Positions 1 through 12,318 are shown, counted from the first letter of the stretch. The stretch: 64,000 bases of DNA from Octopus vulgaris (GCA_951406725.2 OX597831.1:7502001-7566000), one strand, 5' to 3'. Made by a program: numbers and translations. The notes: generated from the sequence alone by a model not told the origin.

Positions 1-217
1 GCTAACAAAATTTTGGTGTATTTTTGATTTGGTTTTGTTATTATAATTTTTCCTATTTATTTTATTTCACGTTATTTTATTTATTGTCATTATTGTTGTA
101 AAGTTATTCCACGTTACTTTAAGGAGTAGGGATGTTGTCTTGCGGAATAGCCAGTCTTTATGGAGGGGATCCCACCGGATCCTGTAATTATTATTCCCCA
201 TCACAGGCTCAGCTTTG

Positions 218-620
218 GGATCTTTTCGGTTTGAAGGGCAGTTTTTACCATAGTTTCTAGGTAACTAAAAAATTTGAAACTTCGTATACTGGTAGAATGT
301 GTTTATAAAACATCTTTTTCTCTTGGCTTTATTGAGAAAATTCTATAGTTTGTAAGATATTTGCTGTTTTGTTTTCTTCAATTTCTGCAATTTCAACCAA
401 TCAATGACATCCATTAAGGTAATAAAAAAAAACATTCTATGCCGTATGAATATGTCCCTCGTTTAAGAAACAGATTGGGTTTATTTACATTTGTGAAGAA
501 AAAAAGATACCCTTTCCCCCACCCCTAACCCTAAAACAGATTAAAATGCAATAGATCGATACTAGGGTCATAATTATGGGTGACAATTTCATATGACACC
601 GCTAGAAAAAAAAAAGATCC
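218..620. mobile_element. Non-autonomous DNA transposon (MITE) with GGATCTTTT terminal inverted repeats and 8-bp TSD (Merlin/hAT-like)
   Basis: Begins GGATCTTTT and ends AAAAGATCC. Flanks are cagctttg (210-217) and cggctttg (621-628). Its 5' half resembles the element at 37009-37337. Confidence 0.75.
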
Positions 621-1152
621 CGGCTTTGTACCACTTTTCCATCACTTTGAATCCACACTCTTGGCCGACATCCCAATCCTCTCTTTCATCAACACAGTCA
701 TGCCTGCGCTTAAACTCTTTTTTGTCCTCGCTCATTTTCTTTTCCCGAGCGGCTATCATTAGCGATTCAGCTTCTCATTTCTGGTTTCCTTCTGTCGGCC
801 ACAACCAGCATTCTTTACTTCCAGCATCCTAAGTTTGTTGCATGTACTCATCTGTAACTCCTTCCCTTTCCAGCCATATCTCCCGTGGTTCTTCCTTTTG
901 CTCTTGAGTTCTTTTACTATCCTTCTGTTTCAGTGACTTTTTCTTTCTTCACATTGCATAACAATTTTTCAAATCCAATGTCGCAGTATCCATGAAATAT
1001 TCTGCGACCATCAAACCTCCGTCGTGTTCCTTTTTTAGCAAATGGCGTCTGTCAGTATTACTTTCAGGATGATGTGTATTGTGAGCAACTCCTTGGGTTT
1101 TCTATCGATTTTCTGTACCTCTGTCTTTGTCCATTTCAGAAAAGTGACAGAA

Positions 1153-1414
1153 TGTAAGGGTAGGATTCATGGCAGACGAACTGTAGGCAGATACTTCGCT
1201 GCGGGCTAACTAGGAAGTTGGTCAGTAGGGAAAAAAGGACTTCCGGACGGGGAACGATAACAAAAGAATGACAACAGCGTGCGCGAAACGAATCTGAGGG
1301 AACTATATAAAAATAACTGACGGCTTAAGACCTATTGTACCTAAAGTAATAAACCTTTGGTAAATGCATACTCGTCTCCACTCGTTTATTTACATATAGC
1401 TTAACAAAGCTATA
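1153..1414 (+). repeat. 5' LTR
   Basis: Highly similar direct repeat of 3173-3434; contains TATAAAA and AATAAA. Confidence 0.92.
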
Positions 1415-1416
1415 AC

Positions 1417-1434
1417 TGGTGACTCCGATGTGAT
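1417..1434 (+). promoter_or_regulatory. Primer-binding site, tRNA-Trp type
   Basis: tggtgactccgatgtgat matches the tRNA-Trp PBS TGGTGACCCCGACGTGAT at 16/18 and lies 2 nt after the 5' LTR. Confidence 0.8.
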
Positions 1435-1463
1435 AAACCACAGCTTCCGCTACCGAAACAAAC

Positions 1464-2122
1464 ATGGCTGGCAACAAAACACCCCTGAGGCTACCGCAGT
1501 TCTGGTCTAAGAGGGCTGAGCTGTGGTTCGTGCAGGCGGAAGCTCAGTTTGATATAAACAAGATAACGGCCGACCAAACAAAGTACTCGCACGTTGTGGC
1601 GGCACTAGACGAAGACACAGCAACAAGGGTGCTGGACATTTTAATCCCCCCCCCCCCCACCAATAAACAAATACGCCATATTGAAAGATAGGCTAGAGGA
1701 TACATTCCGACGCAGTGAAAGAGAAGCAGCAGCCAAGATACTGGAGGAGGAATTGGGCGATTCCAAGCCTTCGGAACTGATGGACAGGGTGTTGGCATTA
1801 GCTCCCCCCGGTGAGTCACTTTCCATTTTGTTTAAAGAAATATTTCTCCGCAAGCTGCCACCCCAGGTCCAGGCCTTCATAACTCAGACCGAAATCAAGG
1901 ACCTGCGGCAATTAGCAAAGGCAGCCAACATGAATTTTTTTATCCAGTGGTGTCCTGGTCAACGCAATAGGGTCGGCTCCGAGACTAGGTGGGTTTAAGC
2001 ATGATGACCTGTGCTTCTACCGTGCAAAGTTTGGTAAAAAGGCGACGGAATGTAAACAACCATGTAGCTTTAGGACCCCTTCACCAGTGACCCAGGGAAA
2101 CTCCAGGGCCGGCCGCCATTGA
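1464..2122 (+). pseudogene. gag-like ORF (frameshifted)
   Basis: N-terminus RLPQFWSKRAELWFVQAEAQF, then LGDSKPSELM and the knuckle-like CFYRAKFGKKATECKQPC. Frameshifts at the poly-C near 1646-1660 and near 1935. Ends after the GGGAAAC slippery heptamer (2095-2101). Confidence 0.85.
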
Positions 2123-3145
2123 ACACCCTGGTGTCAAGCAAATTTATCTGGCATGGTATGGCCAAGCAAATCAGGGACTGGACCAGGTCCTGCATCCCCT
2201 GTCAACAAGCCAAGGTCAATCAACACACCAAAGCACCCCTCGGCAACTATGAACCACCCCAGGCCCAATTCAGCCATGTCAACATTGACCTTGTAATCCC
2301 CCTACCACCTTCACAGGGTTGCTTGTACCTACTGACCTTGGTGGACCACTACACCCGTTGGCCTGAAGCTAACCCTCTCTGCAGTACAGAAACACAAGAA
2401 GTCAGCCGAACTTTCATCGCAAACTGGGTCGCCCGTTTTGGTGTCCCAGATAGCATCTCATCTGATCGGGGTCCACGATTCACCTCAAAGCTGTGGAATG
2501 ACATGTGTGACCTTTTCAGAATCACAATGAACCGCACAACAGCCTACCACCCACAGGCCAATGGATTAGTGGAGAGAATTCACCGCCGCCTGAAGGAATC
2601 ATTGGCAACCAGACTTAACGGACCAAATTGGATTGACCAACTCTCATGGGTGATGCAGGGAACCCGCACTGCCCCCAAAAGAAAATCTCAACACTTCCTC
2701 CGCGGAAATGGTGTACAGTGCTCCCCTTACAGTGCCAGGAGAGTTCCTTCTGAATACAAATTCAGACTCGCTTGTCAAAAGGTACCTCGCTCAACTAAGA
2801 GACAGTGTGGACCAGTTGCACCCTGTTTTCATGTCGACGCACGGTACACCCAGATCATCTGTACCAAATGACCTCCGCGCAGCTAACTTTGCATTCGTTC
2901 GACGTGACACATGACGAAGACCCCTCCAGTCACCCTACGATGGTCCATATCAAGTCATACATCCGGTAGATAAAACATTCCAACTCCTAATTGGTGGACG
3001 ACAAGAGACAGTCTCCATCGATAGATTGAAACAAGCCCATCTTGATATTAACAGCCCCGTTCGGGTGGCCCAACTATCAAACAGAGACCATCGAGTAACC
3101 ACATGCAGGGGCAGGACAATTAAAACGCCATCCCGTTTCCAGTGA
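2119..3145 (+). pseudogene. Retroviral-type integrase (DDE), N-terminally truncated and frameshifted
   Basis: WTRSCIPCQQAK, HVNIDLV, ISSDRGPRFTS and AYHPQANGLVER motifs; the C-terminal PYDGPY region lies in a shifted frame. Confidence 0.88.
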
Positions 3146-3172
3146 CAGTCTACAGTTCTGTGGGGGGAGCTA

Positions 3173-3434
3173 TGTAGGGTAGGATTCGTGACAGACGAAC
3201 TGTAAGTAGATACTTCGCTGCGGGCTAACTAGGAAGTTGGTCAGCAAGAAAGAAAAGGACTTCCGAGTGGAGAAGGATAACAGAAGAATGACAGCAGCAT
3301 GCGTGAAACGAATCTGAGGGAACTATACAAAAATAACTGACGACTTAAGGCCTGTTGTACCTGAAGTAATAAACCTTTAGTAAATGCATACTCGTCTCCA
3401 CTCGTTTATTTACGTATAGCTTAACAAAGCTATA
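3173..3434 (+). repeat. 3' LTR
   Basis: Direct repeat of 1153-1414, preceded by a polypurine tract. Confidence 0.92.
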
Positions 3435-3898
3435 AGAGTATCTTAATATTGGAATACTGGAATGGCTCATGTATTCATTGCTTTGATAGTAGTATTCCTT
3501 CCCATTTAGTTTTGCTTCGAGCACCTTCCTAATCATTCTCTTTGGAGATTTCCCCTCTAATCTCTCTTTCTCTTACCTTATCTTCCCCCATCGCCCCTAG
3601 GTTCTTGTATCCTTCATTATTCCCCATCGATCTAATGATACCTTATGTTATCTTTATCCAATCAGGATTCATCTGCGTCCTTTTTAATCCTCTGGCAAGA
3701 GATTCTCCTTCTCCACATTGCAATACACTTCATCTACGTTGAAGGCAATAAATTCCAGAATAATGGTAAGCACGTAAGAAATCTATTACTATTGTCTTCC
3801 CTTTTCTGTTCTTTTTTTTCTTTTTCTTTTTCTTTGTCCTTCTTTATCAGAACTGTACATCCTTTTGTCATTCAAGTTGATGTTCCATTTTACATACC

Positions 3899-4130
3899 TA
3901 TTTCTTTACTACCCACAAGGGGCTAAACACAGAGGGGACAAACAACGACAGACAAACGGATTAAGTCGATTATATTGACCCTAGTGCGTAACTGGTACTT
4001 ATTTAATCGACCCCGAAAGGATGAAAGGCAAAGTCGACCTCGGCGGAATTTGAACTCAGAACGTAACGGCAGACGAAATACGGCTACGCATTTCGCCCGG
4101 CGTGCTAACGTTTCTGTCAGCTCGCCGCCT
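3899..4130 (-). mobile_element. tRNA-derived SINE, family A (head ggcggcgagctggcag, core gcctttcatcctttcggggtcga)
   Basis: Full-length reverse-complement copy of a ~230-nt unit recurring at 11031, 16047, 33311, 37575, 52372, 61042 and 61523. Confidence 0.85.
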
Positions 4131-4599
4131 TAATCAAACCACGATTAAACCATTTTATATACAGTCTGCAAGAAACGGTCATATATGGCTGAGTATATTT
4201 GAGAGATTTTTCTCCCAGGATCCCTGATCACCATCTCGCTCAAAGCCTTTACATTTTGCTATCTTCTTCAGAATCTTCTTTACTTTCTTTCTGTAATACT
4301 TATATTTTCTTGGTTTGATCCATGTTTCATATCATTTTTAAATTGTCCGTTTCCTTGTTGAACCTCTTTGTTCCAAATATCTGACAAACACTTCCTTCCT
4401 GCTTCAGCATCTGCCACGCCATTCTTTTGATCTTCATTCTCATTGTTCAACTGTCGCTAAAATTTCCTTTCAGTGTTTCTCAAGAGCCTCTTCTCTTGAT
4501 ATTCGTTGTCTGTATCAATTTTTTACTCTATGTTGCTTTAATTTAATTTTATTATTGAAGACATCGCACAGTATCCAATATCGTGATGTTGTTGATTGA

Positions 4600-5700
4600 A
4601 GATATTGTGTCTACTGGTGGGTTTGTACTGTTTGTCAAGTCACAACAAGGACCTCAGACAAACAGTACTTTATGGAATATACGTACAGTTCCAAGCAATA
4701 CCGATTTTTGCAATACACCTAAATTGTAGAGTATTTCTAAAGTTTCCAGATGTTTCTTCAAGTTGAGTGGTATTGAACCCAATGCTCCGATGTCAATAGG
4801 GAGAATCACTTTTATGTTTGACTCACGTAGCTGCCACAATTTCAATTCTCATGTCTCCATATGTATCAACCTTTTCCCTTTCTCTCATGTTAATATGTTG
4901 ATCTCCTGGTACTGCCACGTCGATTATTAGGCACTCTTGTTTGTCCTACCCAAAGGTTACTATATCCACCCTTCGGTGTTCTAACACTTTGTCTATCTGG
5001 AAGTCAAAATCCCAGAGGATCTTTGCTTTGCCTTCTCCTTTTCGTCCATTACATTTTCCGGTGTATGTTGGTACCAAGCACCCGTTACCTCATATCCATA
5101 CTTCTGGCATGGTAGCCAGTGAAGGTTCTGCGCTACCTTGTCGTGTCTGCGCTTGTACTCTTCCTGGGCAAGATTTTCACAAACGCTAACAATGTGAGTC
5201 ACGCTTTCGACCCTCTTCCCGCACATTCTGCAGAAGTCCATTGCACTTGTGTCGTATATATCCCCTTCCACTGAGTTGGTATTTAATGCCTGGTCTTGGG
5301 CAGCGATGATTAGGCTTTCAGTATTCTTTTTGAGGTCACCCATGCTGAGCCACCTCCATGATGCTTCCTGGTCTTTTAAATTGTTAGTTTCACGGTGGAA
5401 CTGGCCATGTAATTCCCTGCAGAGTAGGGTTTCTTCTCTCTCGTTGGCTATTCGTGATCGTAATTCCTTAGCTGGTAACAAATCCTTCTGCATTAGCAGC
5501 ATTCCGAAGCAGGTCTTGTTTGCTGTTTACCAAAGATTCTTCTATGTTTCTTCTTTCATTGTTGATGCATTCCCGTACTCTAATCAGCCCACGTCCACCT
5601 TTACACTTCTTCATGTAGGACCTGTGTACATTCACCTTAGGGTGGAGGGCACCATGCATTGTCATGTCTGTCGGGCAATGCGATTGAGGCCGATTGAAGC
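4600..5700 (-). mobile_element. Dong/R4-like non-LTR retrotransposon 3' part (CCHC finger + restriction-like endonuclease), degenerate
   Basis: ORF pieces HGALHPK...GGRGL, LHGQF...TESLIIAAQDQAL, CRMC...THIVSVC...YKRRHD, ILWDF and IGALGSIP...LQKSVLLGT. Confidence 0.85.
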
Positions 5701-6384
5701 CATCTGCTCGCGATGCGAGAGGGCGCACACTCTCCTACCCTGATGTAATCTCCAGGGATTCAGGCATCCAGCAACAGAACCTCCGTAATGCTATGATGAA
5801 CCGTGAAGTCTGGCGTAACACAGTAAATTCCATTGTCTCGACCACGGTCGAACAATGATGATGACGACGGCATAATGACATCTATTGTTGTTGCATTTGT
5901 TACAAATAACAGCAATTTTTATCATTCCTTTTTTTTTAAGTATCAATGCTTGTTAAATAAAACTATATTTATGAAATTATATTTCATAAAAACCAATCGG
6001 TTTCATGGTAAATCTCATAACGTCTAACAGTTTATTCAAGGGACATTACTCTCTTATTGAAATAGTTTTAGTAAGGCAAGGGAAGTAACTTTGTTTCATC
6101 TTGCCTGTCAAATTCTTTCAAAAATTTATTGAGAAACAAATCAAAAATGTTATTTTAGAATTGAGCAGCAAATCCGCGTTTAGATTTTAAACAGGGCGAA
6201 CGCGTTCGAATATAGAAATTATGTCTGAGAGAGAATAAAGACACGAGAATCCATATTTTGTAAAACACAAGGTTATCTGGAATTTCTATCCCTAATTTTG
6301 GTCAATGTTGTTTATTCTTGTATATGTTTCAGTCCAAAGGTTGTGGCTATGCTGGAGCATCGCCAGTACACAAAAAAAAGCGCT

Positions 6385-6497
6385 TGTCAGAAGTAGGATT
6401 CGAACCCACGCCCACATTCGTGAACCAGAAAAGTCAACTCTGTGGCTAAGGATTTACACCTTGAGTTTGGCACTGCAGACCACTCGACCATCCTGAC
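6385..6497 (-). tRNA. Intron-containing tRNA-Leu(CAA) gene, diverged (possible pseudogene)
   Basis: Reverse complement: GTCAGGATGGTCGAGTGGTCTGCAGTGCCAAACTCAAG, a 29-nt intron (6431-6459), then TTCTGGTTCACGAATGTGGGCGTGGGTTCGAATCCTACTTCTGACA. A T8 Pol III terminator follows. Mismatches in the D arm and anticodon stem. Confidence 0.8.
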
Positions 6498-7502
6498 AAT
6501 TCATATTAAAATAAAATAAAGAAATATAATTAATGAAGGTGAAGAACCAAAGCGAGCCAAGGGCATGAATTTCCCTAAATTTGATGATGATGGTGATGGT
6601 GATGGTGATGGTGATGGTGATGATGATGATGATGATTTCAAGAAATTACAAAGTATTTCCCCAAAATTAATTTATTTGGAGGAAATCTAATTTTTGTTTG
6701 CAGGCAGCAAACAGCAATAGAGTAGTAATTATAGGCATGTTTCAGTGTTATTACAACTTGTCAGCATAGTATATCTATTCCAAGTTTATTTTGATTGATT
6801 GACAGAAGTTTTTATATGAAGTGAGAGTTACCAATAATTTTTGGCTGTTAATAATTAGTCAAATTAAAAATAAAATGAGCCTCAAGAAACAACTGAAGTA
6901 GGACAGCAGCACAAATTTACATATATGCCCTTTGTAAAGGGACTGCAGTGACCTATTGGACATATTTTAGAAGTTTGGAGGAGATGGTCACCATTGTGAC
7001 TCATTGTGAAAAGTTTTTTTTTAAGCAATACACTTGTGCTAACACACACACACACACATACATGTCTTACCACAAACACACAAAGGGAAAAAACGTGTGC
7101 ACACACAAAGTTTTGAAGATGAAGTGAAATGCTTTAAATCAGATTTATACTCTTGGATAATTCTTTCTAATGTTGGCACAAGTCCAGCAATATTGAGGAT
7201 AGACAAAAGTCAATAACATCAACTCAAACCCTTGACTAATAATTGGCTTCAGTGGGATTTGAGATCAAAATGTAAAGATCCAGAAGATATACCACAAAGC
7301 ATTTTTTCCCAACACTCTAACTATTCTGCCAACGGTTCTGCCAATGGTTCTGCTTTTATAAAATCTTAAGTAAAACACTTTTAAAATGGTTGTACATTTG
7401 CTTATGTGGTCAAGATGGCACTGGAGTAATGGTTACTCACTTAGATGTTCACATACTTTGCAAAGAAAGACAAAATTTGCACACAAATGGATTTCAGTGA
7501 CC

Positions 7503-8197
7503 GTGCGTGAGAAGACCCGGCAAGCCAAATGAGACCATAATCTCGTGGCCTATGCCAGGGGCGTTACCAGCCCACTTATGCGTACCTTTTCCTTCTTTGG
7601 ACACTAAAATTCTGCTTGCGAAGACCTGTTGGGGCAAGTGAAATCAAATCAAAATCAAATTCGATGACCAGCGTCCATGCTAGCAGGGTGCAAAGAACAC
7701 CATACGAGTGTGATCATTGACAGAGCGGCTAACCGGCTTCCATGCCAGTGGCACTTAAAAGGCACCATTCGAGCGTGATCGTTACCAGTGTCACCTTACT
7801 GGCACTTGAGTCCCATGCTAGTAGGGTATTAAGAGCACCATCCGAGGGTGATCATTGCCAGAGCAGCTATCTGGCCTCCGTGCCGGTGGCACGTAAAATA
7901 CACCATCCGAGCGTGATCGTTACCAGCATCGCCTTACTGGCACCTGTGCCGGTGACATGTGTAAAAGATTCGAGCGAGGTCATTGCCAGTACTGCCTGAC
8001 TGGCTCCGTGCCGGTGGCATGTAAAAGCACCCACTACACTCTCAGAGTGGTTGGCATTAGGAAGGGTATCCAGCTGTAGAAACTCTGCCAGATCAAGATT
8101 GAAGCCTGGTGCAGCCATCTGGTTCACCAGCCCTCAGTCATTCATCCAACCCATGCTAGCATGGGAAGCGGACGTTAAACGATGATGATGATGATGA
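7503..8197 (+). mobile_element. 5'-truncated RTE-clade LINE 3' end (ORF terminus + long 3' UTR, (GAT)n tail)
   Basis: Starts with VREKTRQAK*, then repeated gtgccggtggcac hairpin units, the ggcattaggaagggtatccagctgtagaaac core and a (gat)n tail. The same 3' end is attached to the RTE RT at 21310-22960. Confidence 0.75.
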
Positions 8198-8885
8198 TTC
8201 ACTGTAAAAATTTAGAAGGAACATTGGTCCTTTGAGCAAACCTTTGAGCAAAAACATAAAGAGGTCTGTAGTCGTATAGAAATTTGGTGACGGGACTGGG
8301 AAGCAGTCACCAGTATGCTTTATAAGGAAGATCTTAAAAGGGCTGTCATCTTGGAGGAAATTTGGGGTTAGTTACTGCTTTGCTCTACAATAAGGATATA
8401 AAGAGGGTTACAACCTTATAGAAAATTTGGGCAGAAGTCACTGCTATACTTTACAGAGAAGATTGATACAAAAAAGAGAAAAAGAACCGTTTCTGTGGAG
8501 TAGCAGTAATGAGGTTGATGATTTTACAAGATCCAAAGGGACCATTTCAGCAGAAACATTTAAGAATCACTAATTTAGATGAATATGTTGAAGGATGTTG
8601 TACCAAACGAGATACACAAAAGAAATTCTCAATTGATTGAAATTTTCAAATTAGTTAGAGAAAGGAAACAAAAACGTAGCAGTAATTGTTTGCAACCCTA
8701 AACCTAATTTTCTCCCTTTCTTCCTCTTTTACTCTATCACATGACTCTGTAAATGAACAATCTGGTGTGTTTGGTTTAATGGCCTACCAATGTATACAGT
8801 ACGTTTCTCCACCCTAGGTGTCAGGAAGACACTCAGCAAGAAGTTGAAACAGAATTGAAAGAAGATGCTAAAGAAATAAATGAAA

Positions 8886-8886
<1 letters not shown>

Positions 8887-8956
<70 letters not shown>

Positions 8957-8976
8957 TGTGGTGGTGGTGGTGGTGA
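8887..8976 (+). repeat. (GAT)n/(GGT)n microsatellite
   Basis: Read directly from the sequence. Confidence 0.95.
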
Positions 8977-8983
8977 TAATGGC

Positions 8984-9346
8984 CTCTTAAAGCGAGAAAT
9001 TGAAATACAAAAGATGTGGTATCTTAAAATGAGCACTGTTCCTGTTATTCTGGGTGCCCTAGGTATGATAAGAAAGGGATATCAGAAACATCTAGGTAAT
9101 ATCCCAGGATAACCATGTCTCAGAGAAATCCAAAAGATTGTGCTGACAAGTACTGCCCATATCCTTAGAAAAACCCTATCAATTTAAATGTCTGTGTTGT
9201 ATTACATGAATATATTTCGCTACTGTCCCTGCCACTCCCCCTCCCCAAGCTTTCAGTCATACTGTGACATCTGTTATCCTTCACTCACCTCAGGATGCTG
9301 GGTGTGTCTTGGCAAGTGATTGTAACAAACATGCAGATTAAAAGTA

Positions 9347-9380
<34 letters not shown>
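8984..9380 (+). mobile_element. Dong/R4-like element 3' terminal fragment ending in (TAA)n
   Basis: KMWYLKMSTVPVILGALGMIRKG...LREIQKIVLTSTAHILRKTLSI* is the RLE C-terminus, followed by a 3' UTR and (TAA)n at ~9347-9380. Confidence 0.75.
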
Positions 9381-9382
<2 letters not shown>

Positions 9383-11030
9383 GGAGAGTATTGTCTCTTT
9401 GAGTCACAGCAGAAGACACTACTTGAAACCTTTGGTGATCTGTTGTTGCCTGTTTTCAAGTAAAGAATAACCAGTAATTACGAACTGAGAGGCTTTCATA
9501 ACAATAATAATAATGATAATAATAATAATCTTTTCTACCTTTAGCACAAGGCCTAAAATTTTGAGGAGATGTAGCAAGTTTATTACATCAAACCCAGTAT
9601 TTCACTGGTAGGATGAAAGGGTGAAAGGCAAAGTCTACCTTGGCAAAATGTGAACTCAGAATGTAAAGACATGAAATTTCACTAAGCATTTTGTCAAGCA
9701 TGCTAACAATTCTGCTAGTTTGCCATCTTCTGTTTATAATAATGATGAGGATGATGATGGTTTCAAATTTTGGCACAAGACCAACAATTTGGGTGGGAGG
9801 GGTAAGTCGATTAAATTGACTCCAGTGCTCAGCCAGTACTTGTTTTATTGACCCCAAAAGGATGAAAGGCAAAGTCTACCTCGGCAGAATTTGAACTCTG
9901 AAGGTGAAGATGGAAGAAAAAATGCTAAGCATTTCACACGACATTCTAATGATTCTACCAGCTTCTTTTAGCAGAGAAGGAAAACAGACCTTTCTCCGCT
10001 TCGTGGCTGTGGCAAAAGAAGTTGTGTGGTGATTCCATCTTGCCAAACTTTCATCAGTTTCTTCAAATATGATTTGAAGAGGAAGATGAGGGTAGGGAAT
10101 TAGGTGCTGCCCTCTGGATGAGAGTGGCAAGACTGATGAGACTGAATGGATCCATTCTGAGTAGACTCTTCAAAGCAAACAGAATGAAACTGGAAGATGG
10201 CACTTTCCCATGCCCTGGGGATGGCAGAGTAACCAAGGACTTTTTTATGGGGGTTTTACTCCAAATTACCCTAAAGGGATTGCCCTGCTGTCATAGATTC
10301 AATTTATTAATTATTTATTTCTCTAACCCATATTTATATATCGTTTGTTGTATCCATTAATGTTGAAGTGTCTCCCTTTTGATCGATGTAAACCCCACCT
10401 GTTTTGTGGGTTGTGTCTTGTCCTTTCATATTGTCCTCCATGTCCTGGGACCTTGTGGCCAATAAAAGAAATCATTTTAACTGCCATATTCAAATTATAG
10501 TAATTGGTTCCTGCTCCAACAATCAGAACTCTAAAAGTATGATGTTTTGGTTCTTGTCTCTAAAAGTTCCACTGCCATCTTAAAGAATAAACACACCCCA
10601 AATTCATACCCCAAAATAGAGTAATTACCAAATAAAAGGCTGTATTTTAGGGGCAACTGTCACAAACAAGTTGTTCAATAGTGTTGTTACTGTCATTATT
10701 TTTTAGCCCTAGGCTTACCCTGATCAAGCCATGATCAAAGGAGTTTTAATCTTGATCAGCCTGTCTAGGCCTTCACAATCTTATTAGTCCTTTTTTTTCT
10801 TAAAAGATTTTAGAGTTTTATTTGAGAAATTTAGTTGCTATTTCTAGCATGTCACATGACCACACAGAGATTCCTTTGATGATTTGTAAATGTTCTCTCT
10901 ATGTGTGCGTATGTGTGAGTGTGTGTATAATGTATACATGCATGTATATATGTGTATACATTTATATACATATATACATATATGTATGTGTATATGTAAT
11001 GTATATATATGCTTGCAAACATATATATAC

Positions 11031-11477
11031 CTATTTCTTTACTACCCACAAGGGGCTAAACACAGAGGAGACAAACAAGGACAGACAGACGGATAAGTCG
11101 ATTATATCGACCCCAGTGCGTAACTGGTACTTGATTTATCGACTCCAAACGGATGAAAGGCAAAGTCAACCTTGGCGGAATTTGAACTCAGAACGTAACG
11201 GCAGACAAAATACCTATTTCTTTACTACCCAAAAGGGGCTAAACACAGACAAGACAAACAAGGACAGACAAACGGATTATGTCGATTACATCGACCCCAG
11301 TACGTAACTGGTACTTAATTTATCAACCCCAGTGCGTAACTGATACTTAATTTATCGACCCCTGAAGGATGAAAGGCAAAGTTGAACTCGGTGGAGTTTG
11401 AACTCAGAACGTAACGGCAGACGAAATACCGCTAAGCATTTCTCCCGGCGTGCTAACAGTTCTGCCAGCTCGCCGCC
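11031..11477 (-). mobile_element. Dimeric SINE family A
   Basis: One head with two tandem body units. Confidence 0.8.
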
Positions 11478-12061
11478 GTGAACATATATATATATCATCG
11501 TTTAATGTCCATTATCCATGCTGGCATGGACTGGATGGTTTGACCAGAGCTGGTAAGGTGAGGAGCTGCACCAGACTCCAGTTTCATTTGGCATGGTGTC
11601 TATGGCTGGATGCCCTTCCTAATGCCAACCACTCCATGTATGTAATGGGTGCCAGTTGCATGCCACCAGCATAAGTGCCATGGTTATGATTTCCCTTGGT
11701 TTCCCTTGGGTCTTCTACTCAAGCACGGCATATTGCCGAAGGTCTTGGTCATTTGTCCTTGCCTGTGTGAGGCCCAACACTCAAGGGGTGCTTTTTTTAC
11801 ATGTCGCAGGCACAAGTGCCACTTACACAACAGTGGCATCCATGAGGCCCAGCACTTGAAAGGTGCTTTTCATGTGCCAGCTATTACATCATATATATAC
11901 ATATATACAACCTACTTGTTGTTCCTTTCCTACACCTGACTTCGTCTTTTGTTTTCTGTAAATTTGAATTGTAAATGTACATATACATACATATATATAT
12001 ACATATATACATACATATATACATATATATACACACACACATGCACACATATATATATATA

Positions 12062-12318
12062 CGTCGGTGGCACATAAAAAACACCATCCGAGCGTGGCCG
12101 TCTGCCAGCCTCGTCTGGCACCTGTGTCGGTGGCACATAAAATCACCCACTACACTCTCGGAGTGGTTGGCGTTAGGAAGGGCATCCAGCTGTAGAAACA
12201 CTGCCACATCTGACTGGCCTGGTGCAGCCTTCGGGCTTCCCAGACCCCAGTTGAACCGTCCAACCCATGCTAGCATGGAAAGCGGACGTTAAACGATGAT
12301 GATGATGATGATGATGAT
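12062..12318 (+). mobile_element. RTE-related 3' end repeat with (GAT)n tail
   Basis: Same core as 7503-8197. Further copies at about 13305-13602(+), 18199-18438(+), 24260-24534(+), 25255-25605(+), 25946-26398(-), 27841-28137(-), 29850-30246(+), 32476-32817(+), 43152-43590(-), 48320-48580(+) and 50905-51219(+). Confidence 0.8.

Larger units (their letters stand above)
1153..3434 (+). mobile_element. Gypsy-type LTR retrotransposon, internally deleted (gag + integrase only), degenerate
   Basis: Two 262-bp direct repeats (1153-1414, 3173-3434) starting TGTA. PBS at 1417-1434, polypurine tract GGGGGGAG at 3162-3169, 4-bp TSD agaa/agag. Gag and integrase are present; no PR/RT/RNaseH motifs. Confidence 0.92.
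629..4600 (-). mobile_element. Degenerate Dong/R4-like non-LTR retrotransposon relic, interrupted by the LTR element and a SINE
   Basis: Minus-strand translations give IRKVLEAKLNGK...SIPILRYS|VTFLKWTKTEVQKIDRK...HHPESNTDR, then ESLMIAA, FKRRHD and EKWYK. These resemble the RT-thumb and C-terminal motifs of R4/Dong elements. Many stops and deletions; boundaries approximate. Confidence 0.7.

Noticed and set aside
522-534. ccctaaccctaa telomere-like repeat
   Set aside because: Only two units and internal to a MITE; not a telomeric array.
6882-7106. Cys-rich minus-strand ORF
   Set aside because: Partly (TG)n-derived, with no splice or homology support.
8833-9112. Poly-Asp/Gly and poly-Ser ORFs
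   Set aside because: A microsatellite fused to a retrotransposon fragment.
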